Source of the DNA: Octopus sinensis
Lineage: Eukaryota
NCBI RefSeq assembly: GCF_006345805.1
Contig: NC_043000.1
Span: 99,324,001-99,388,000 of the forward strand
DNA length: 64,000 bases
Direction: 5' to 3'
This document shows positions 59,993-64,000 of this stretch, piece after piece. The first letter of the stretch is position 1; each line of letters starts with the position of its first letter. The translations under genes were made by a program, and so were the position numbers. The notes beneath the pieces were generated by a model. That model had not been told where the DNA came from, searched no databases, and saw only the letters and a program-made list of their open reading frames with translations.

Positions 59993-60513
59993 CCGTAAAT
60001 CCTCACGTAAAATCCGCATTTTTTTCCCAAAATTTAAAGGTCAAAATCCCTAGTGCGTACTATATACAAGGTTAAAAATGAAAAATATTTTCTATGCAAT
60101 GTCCGAGTCTCCATTTGCTGTCCGGCAATGTTTATTCTGACGCATTTTGTGATGTCGAGCGCGAAAGTACCTTAAGCTAAGCCTGAAAGCAATGAAGTCA
60201 TAAAAGAATCATCTATAATTTGCAATAAGCAACATTTACTAAACGTTGTTACTGTTATTACTGTTATTTCTTTATTTTCTGCAAACAAAATGCACAAAAA
60301 AGCTACACGTTTGCTTTATGTTATCTATACAATAATAATAAAGTACGCTACCGTATACATTTTTACAAACCAAGGACGTTATATAGACCTCCTTAACTCA
60401 AGTTAGAGAAGGGGTGCGTATTATATACAAGGTTTAGGTTTTTCAGAGGTACAGCCCTCTAAAAATCTTCTGCGTATTATACTCAAGGGAGGACTATACT
60501 CGAGGATTTACGG
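59993..60513. mobile_element. pogo/Tc2-type MITE, copy 2
   Basis: Same termini and TA flanks. The first ~310 and last ~120 nt align to copy 1. Confidence 0.85.
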
Positions 60514-61402
60514 TATTTTATGTTGAGTTTTTAGAACTGGCCGAGTTTCTTTAATTTCATATCATGCGCCATTTTTTTCTATGATCGTTTTTCATTTGAC
60601 CTAGATATTTTTAATCTTTGTTGAATTTCTGATCTTTCTAATGTCTAAGAATGGATATTGATGTGTATGAGTCTGTTTTTCAAGTGTAATTCTGAAGGAT
60701 TGAGAGACAGCTAAATGTCCCAGCTAAGTGTCTTTTACATACTCAAAGAGAACGGAGATAATTTTCTGAAATTAATGTTCTTAATATGTTATAATGTTTT
60801 CGATGCATTTAGAGATAATTTATTTAGCCGATATAGTTTCTGTAAGGTAGTAAACATTTGTAAAATATACACTTTTCACAGAGTCAAAAATGCAGTAAAT
60901 ATTACTCATTGTGCCCCACCACTAGCTTTTAAATTGTTGAAATGTATCTGAGTTTCATTGTGGATGAAATTTCAGACCGCATTCCGAAATTAGTGGTTAT
61001 GGTCTATAATTTCCATAAGTGCGTAATCAAATAATCTGAGGCAACCGCAAGCGGGGATTCAATACATACATACATACATACATACATACATACATACATA
61101 CATACATACATACATACATACATACATACATACATACATACATACATACATACATACATACGCACGCACGCACGTACGTACTTACGTATGAATTTCTGCT
61201 ATTATTAAAACATATGTATGTAACATGTACTTTACCTACTTTATTTCCGCCATAAGTTTCTCATCGTTCTCTTCTTCTAATAAGTTATTCTCCGCATTCT
61301 TCAGTCACCCTTTCTTCTCTCCGCTGGCGTCTTATTTGGCTATTGAAATCTCTCTCTTTCTCTCTCTTAAACATATATACTCTTCCTCCTTTATTGTAAC
61401 AT

Positions 61403-61520
61403 TTGCATTTCATCCTTTCGGGGTCGATAAATTAAGTACCAGTTGCGTATTAGGTCGATCTTCATCGATTGGCCCCCTCCACCCAAATTTCGGGCCTTGT
61501 GCCTAGAGTAGATAAGATCA
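61403..61520 (+). mobile_element. SINE B2, 3' part
   Basis: TTTCATCCTTTCGGGGTCGATAAATTAAGTACCAG...GGCCTTGTGCCTAG. Confidence 0.75.
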
Positions 61521-62474
61521 TTGGCATATTTTCACGGCTAATATATCTTCCGTGTGTGTGTGTGTGTGCCTGTCTGTATGTGTGTATGTGTGTGCTCGCG
61601 GTCCCTCTAAATGCTTTCTAAAAGCAATACGAAAAGATATCACAGATTAAGGTATTAACACCGACCTAAACAGAAATTTGACATAAAATACATATGGACG
61701 CAGTGATGGTTGAATTGTGTGAAAGAATTTCACTTCGCAACCACGTAGTACTTTGTAGATTCAATTCCACTGCGTGATACCTTGACCAATACCTTGACCA
61801 ATACTTTGTGAGTGGTACACTTACACAAATGGCATTCTTTTGATTTGTAATCGGAAACCGAAATCAGTTTGGTCAGGAATCACCGTAAACCTTCGGGGTT
61901 TGAACGTCATTAAATGAATCAATGAAATTAATTTATCGCATTCTCCAATCTGTTATACAAAGCCAAAAAAATGGCTGAACACATTAAAATAATTGGAAGA
62001 AATCTTGACCATTGTTGAAATAGCAGAAAAAAAAGTACTTCTGAAAGAGATATCTTCCACCTGATAACCTCAGATAATGGAACATTATTTTTGTTGCATC
62101 GCAATACCGTAATGTACTGTTGGTGTAATTTGCCCAAGATTTTCACAAATCATCGAGGAATTTCTTTTGGAAAGGTTTGGATATGGCCTATGAGCAGGAA
62201 TTTTCAAAGCATGAGAAAAACAATAATAATGATAATAATAACTTTTAGCTGAGTGTTTGGGGGTTTCATATTCCACCTCTCTTTGAAGGGTATCAGACAC
62301 TCCGTTCCTCACCTATTTACATTTTCCTGTGGCAGAAGCCACGAAAACAATGCATTCATACAATGTTTAAGTAGCAGGAAACCTCATTCTACAAATGAAA
62401 TATTTTTGCTTTGATATTTCACTAATAAATCATTGAGACATTCGTTATTATGTCATATGAAATCATATTTTATA

Positions 62475-62952
<478 letters not shown>

Positions 62953-63143
62953 TAATCACTCGGATTTTTCATTATAAATAAAATAAATAATTCAGACATT
63001 CGGACATTATCATTACATAAGTAAATCAGTTAACATTCAAACTTTCATTTGATTCATGTTTAATGACGGTTTAATGTACGAAGATTAACAGACATTGCCT
63101 GTGAAATTAGTTTCAATTTGTGATCACAAGAATGCTAGAACTG

Positions 63144-63325
63144 GCATTCCGTCGGTTACGACGATGAATCTTCCAGTTGATGCGATCAACGGAACAGATT
63201 GTTCGTGAAATTAACGTGCAAGAGGTTGAGCGCTCTATAAACACGGGTACCCTTAATGTAGTTCCCAAGGAGATTCGGCGTGACATAAAATGCGATAAGG
63301 CTGGCTCTTCGAATTATATAGGCTT
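63144..63325 (-). mobile_element. Diverged A/D-type 3' tail without a head
   Basis: CCGTCGGTTACGACGATGA...GTACCCTTAATGTAGTTC aligns to the A tail. Confidence 0.75.
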
Positions 63326-63639
63326 CTCCAGAAAGAGGAAAGCTAATTCGAAAGCTACAGATCCACTCGTTCACTGGAACTGTAAAAATCTGTAAAACTT
63401 TCCAGAAGTTTATCATTTAAATATATATGGGCATGTCTAGATTTGTAACTCTATACATGAGAATACATACATAAAACATACAAATCTTCACATACATACA
63501 TACATACATACATACATACATACATACATACATACAAACAAAAACACCCTGTTGTTGATGTTGACATTCCAATGAAGGAACCTTGGATCTGGGTTAGAAA
63601 CCGGTTCTTTCAATATTGTAAAAAAAATGATTTCCAACT

Positions 63640-64000
63640 TTTTGGGCTATTTGAAGGTTATTAGAATTGTACTTGCAGATAGTAGAGCCACTTCATCATC
63701 AATACTATAAACTAACGTGGAACCATATACAATCTCTGAAATACTCTCTATAATTTGTTCTTCCTTAGGAGCTTCGTCAGTTGTTAATTCTGCAATATCA
63801 ATTGTTAATTCTTCAAAACCTTCTCTGCCAATCTGATGTGACAAAGTGATGATATCAGAATGTAATTCGTTCGTATATATATTAGATACGAGATCACCAG
63901 CATGCATTTTGGGTAGATGGCTTTAATTTGGATAAAGCCAGTGCAGCATATTTAACACAATTAATTATAGTAAATTTTTTCCATGCTTAAATGATTGAAA
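63640..64000 (-). mobile_element. Possible Tigger/pogo transposase C-terminal remnant
   Basis: LSHQIGREGFEELTIDIAELTTDEAPKEEQ resembles the LA.Q.GGEGF.D...DI.EL motif (recall). Confidence 0.45.

Noticed and set aside
61928-62312. Overlapping minus-strand ORFs in unique sequence
   Set aside because: No recognisable domain or consistent splice pattern, and all frames are interrupted.
63750-63785. CUGACGA on the minus strand
   Set aside because: Falls within a transposase-like frame (TDEAP) and has no GAAA or stem I.

Overview
AT-rich eukaryotic non-genic (intergenic or deep-intronic) DNA. It is most likely from an octopus-type cephalopod, inferred from SINE families I recognise from memory and from very dense (TA)n, (ACAT)n, (ATAG)n, (GT)n and (AAT)n microsatellites; no database search was possible. 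No host protein-coding gene, true tRNA/rRNA gene or CRISPR array can be supported, and nearly all ORFs in the track are translations of simple repeats or of decayed transposons. The window is a layered transposon graveyard. It holds several tRNA-headed SINE families (labelled A-E here), remnants of Penelope-like, RTE, Tx1/L1, R4/Dong-like, CR1/L2-like and Gypsy retroelements, plus mariner, pogo/Tigger, Chapaev3-like and Helitron elements. Four main leads: (1) An 858-bp head-to-head cassette at 53988-54845. Its unit looks like a tRNA-Ser(GCU)-like Pol III head + (AAT)n + a hammerhead-ribozyme-bearing Penelope-type tail, inserted with an 8-bp TSD into a mariner remnant, making it a candidate ribozyme-carrying SINE mobilised by Penelope machinery. 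(2) At least four unrelated minimal hammerhead motifs sit at (TA)n- or AT-bounded element termini, several in inverted pairs. (3) SINE family B shares its last ~40 nt with the Tx1/L1 LINE at 47042-48533. (4) SINE heads and tails are shuffled at a single module boundary. Family names come from motif recall and need confirmation by search.
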